This document shows, piece after piece, positions 62,747 to 64,000 of a stretch of DNA of 64,000 bases. Source of the DNA: Octopus vulgaris. Lineage: Eukaryota. The DNA is taken from NCBI GenBank assembly GCA_951406725.2, contig OX597839.1, positions 27,962,001-28,026,000 on the forward strand, given 5' to 3'. The translations under genes and the position numbers were made by a program. The number at the start of each line of letters is the position of its first letter. Position 1 is the stretch's first letter. Under the pieces are notes generated by a model. That model was not told the DNA's origin. It saw only the letters and a list, made by a program, of their open reading frames with translations, and did not search any database.

Positions 62747-62779
<33 letters not shown>

Positions 62780-62783
<4 letters not shown>

Positions 62784-63182
62784 CGCAGGAGTGGCTGTGT
62801 GTTAAGTAGCTTGTTTACTAACCACATGGTTCCGGGTTCAGTCCCACTGCGTGGCATCTTGGGCAAGTGTCTTCTGCTATAGCCTCGGGCCAACCAAAGC
62901 CTTGTGAGTGGATTTGGTAGACGGAAACTGAAAGAAGCCTGTCGTATATATGGGTATGTATGTATGTGTTTGTGTGTCTGTGTTTGTCCCCCTAGCATTG
63001 CTTGACAACCGATGCTGGTGTGTTTACGTCCCCGTCACTTAGCGGTTCGGCATAAGAGACCGATAGAATAAGTACTGGGCTTACAAAGAATAAGTCCCGG
63101 GGTCGATTTGCTCGACTAAAGGCGGTGCTCCAGCATGGCCGCAGTCAAATGACTGAAACAAGTAAAAGAGTAAAAGAGAGAG
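62780..63182 (+). mobile_element. SINE family A in (TA)n
   Basis: Full-length match. Confidence 0.92.
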
Positions 63183-63821
63183 TATATATATATATACATA
63201 CATATATGTGTGTGTTTGCACGTCATTGTGTGTGTGTGTATGTGCCTGGAAGTGCTTATGTTATTTATTAGTATGTATTAGTTTTTGTTTGATTTTGGGG
63301 GTGATTATATGCATGTGTGGGTGCATGTGTGTGTTTTTATTGGTTAGAAACTGTTGCATTTATATGTAGTTGTGTGTGTGTGTGTGCGCACGTATGAGTG
63401 TGTGTCTGTGTATGTGTGTGTGCACATATGAGTGTGTGTGTGTGAGAAGAGGGAACGTTCCTGCTTAGATTACGTTGAAAAAAGAGAGGTGGAAAGACAG
63501 ACAGACAGACAGAGAAAGAGTGAAGGAGAGAGAGAGAGAGAGAAATAATCCTTGTCAGTCCTTCGAAGGCCCCCCCTGATGAACTCCCTGCCAACACCAT
63601 AACCCCTTTATTGCCCCAGCCACTCCCCGTTACCACCGTCACCCTCATCACACCCTTCGTCCCGTTAATCAAACAAACAAACCTTATACATCATCAATAC
63701 CTGCCCTATCTCCATCTAATCTACAATGTTACACAACTTAAGAACACAAATACATTCGGGGGGGTTTCTGTTTACGTTTGCACTGGGACTAGTTTCTCAA
63801 AGTTTCCTGAATTTATAAAGC

Positions 63822-64000
63822 CACCACCACCATCATCATCATCATCATCATCATCATCACCATCATCATCATCACCACCATCATCATCATCACCATCATC
63901 ATCACCATCATCGTCATCATCATCATCATCAATCATCATCATCAATCATCAATCATCATCATCATCATCAATCATCATCAATCATCATCATCATCATCGT
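63822..64000. repeat. (CAT)n microsatellite
   Basis: Seen directly. Confidence 0.95.

Overview
Eukaryotic, AT-rich, repeat-saturated DNA with no confidently identifiable host gene. The repeat repertoire and the (TA)n/(TG)n/(CAT)n load suggest an octopus or other coleoid cephalopod intron or intergenic region (inference from pattern recognition, no database search). Almost all ORFs in the supplied track are microsatellite or SINE artefacts. Supported content: four or more tRNA-derived SINE families (labelled A, C, E, F here), 3' ends and one ORF fragment of RTE-clade LINEs, CR1-like LINE 3' ends, mariner and Tc3-like transposase relics, hAT relics, TTAA-flanked piggyBac-type MITEs, a non-autonomous Helitron, a nested solo LTR, a 150-bp satellite and several local duplications. 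The most notable signal is a dispersed set of about nine hammerhead-ribozyme motifs. All have (near-)palindromic stem III, three have an unusually long stem II, and several have variant cores (U3/A8, U3/G8, C4). Some sit inside long inverted repeats: a 168-bp near-perfect palindrome, and a ~490-bp foldback overlapping a 358-nt tandem monomer. This points to Penelope-like or retrozyme-like small self-cleaving retroelements. A polypyrimidine-CAG|GTAAGT site at 34272 followed by a second donor is a candidate recursive splice site. All coordinates and base pairings were read by eye.
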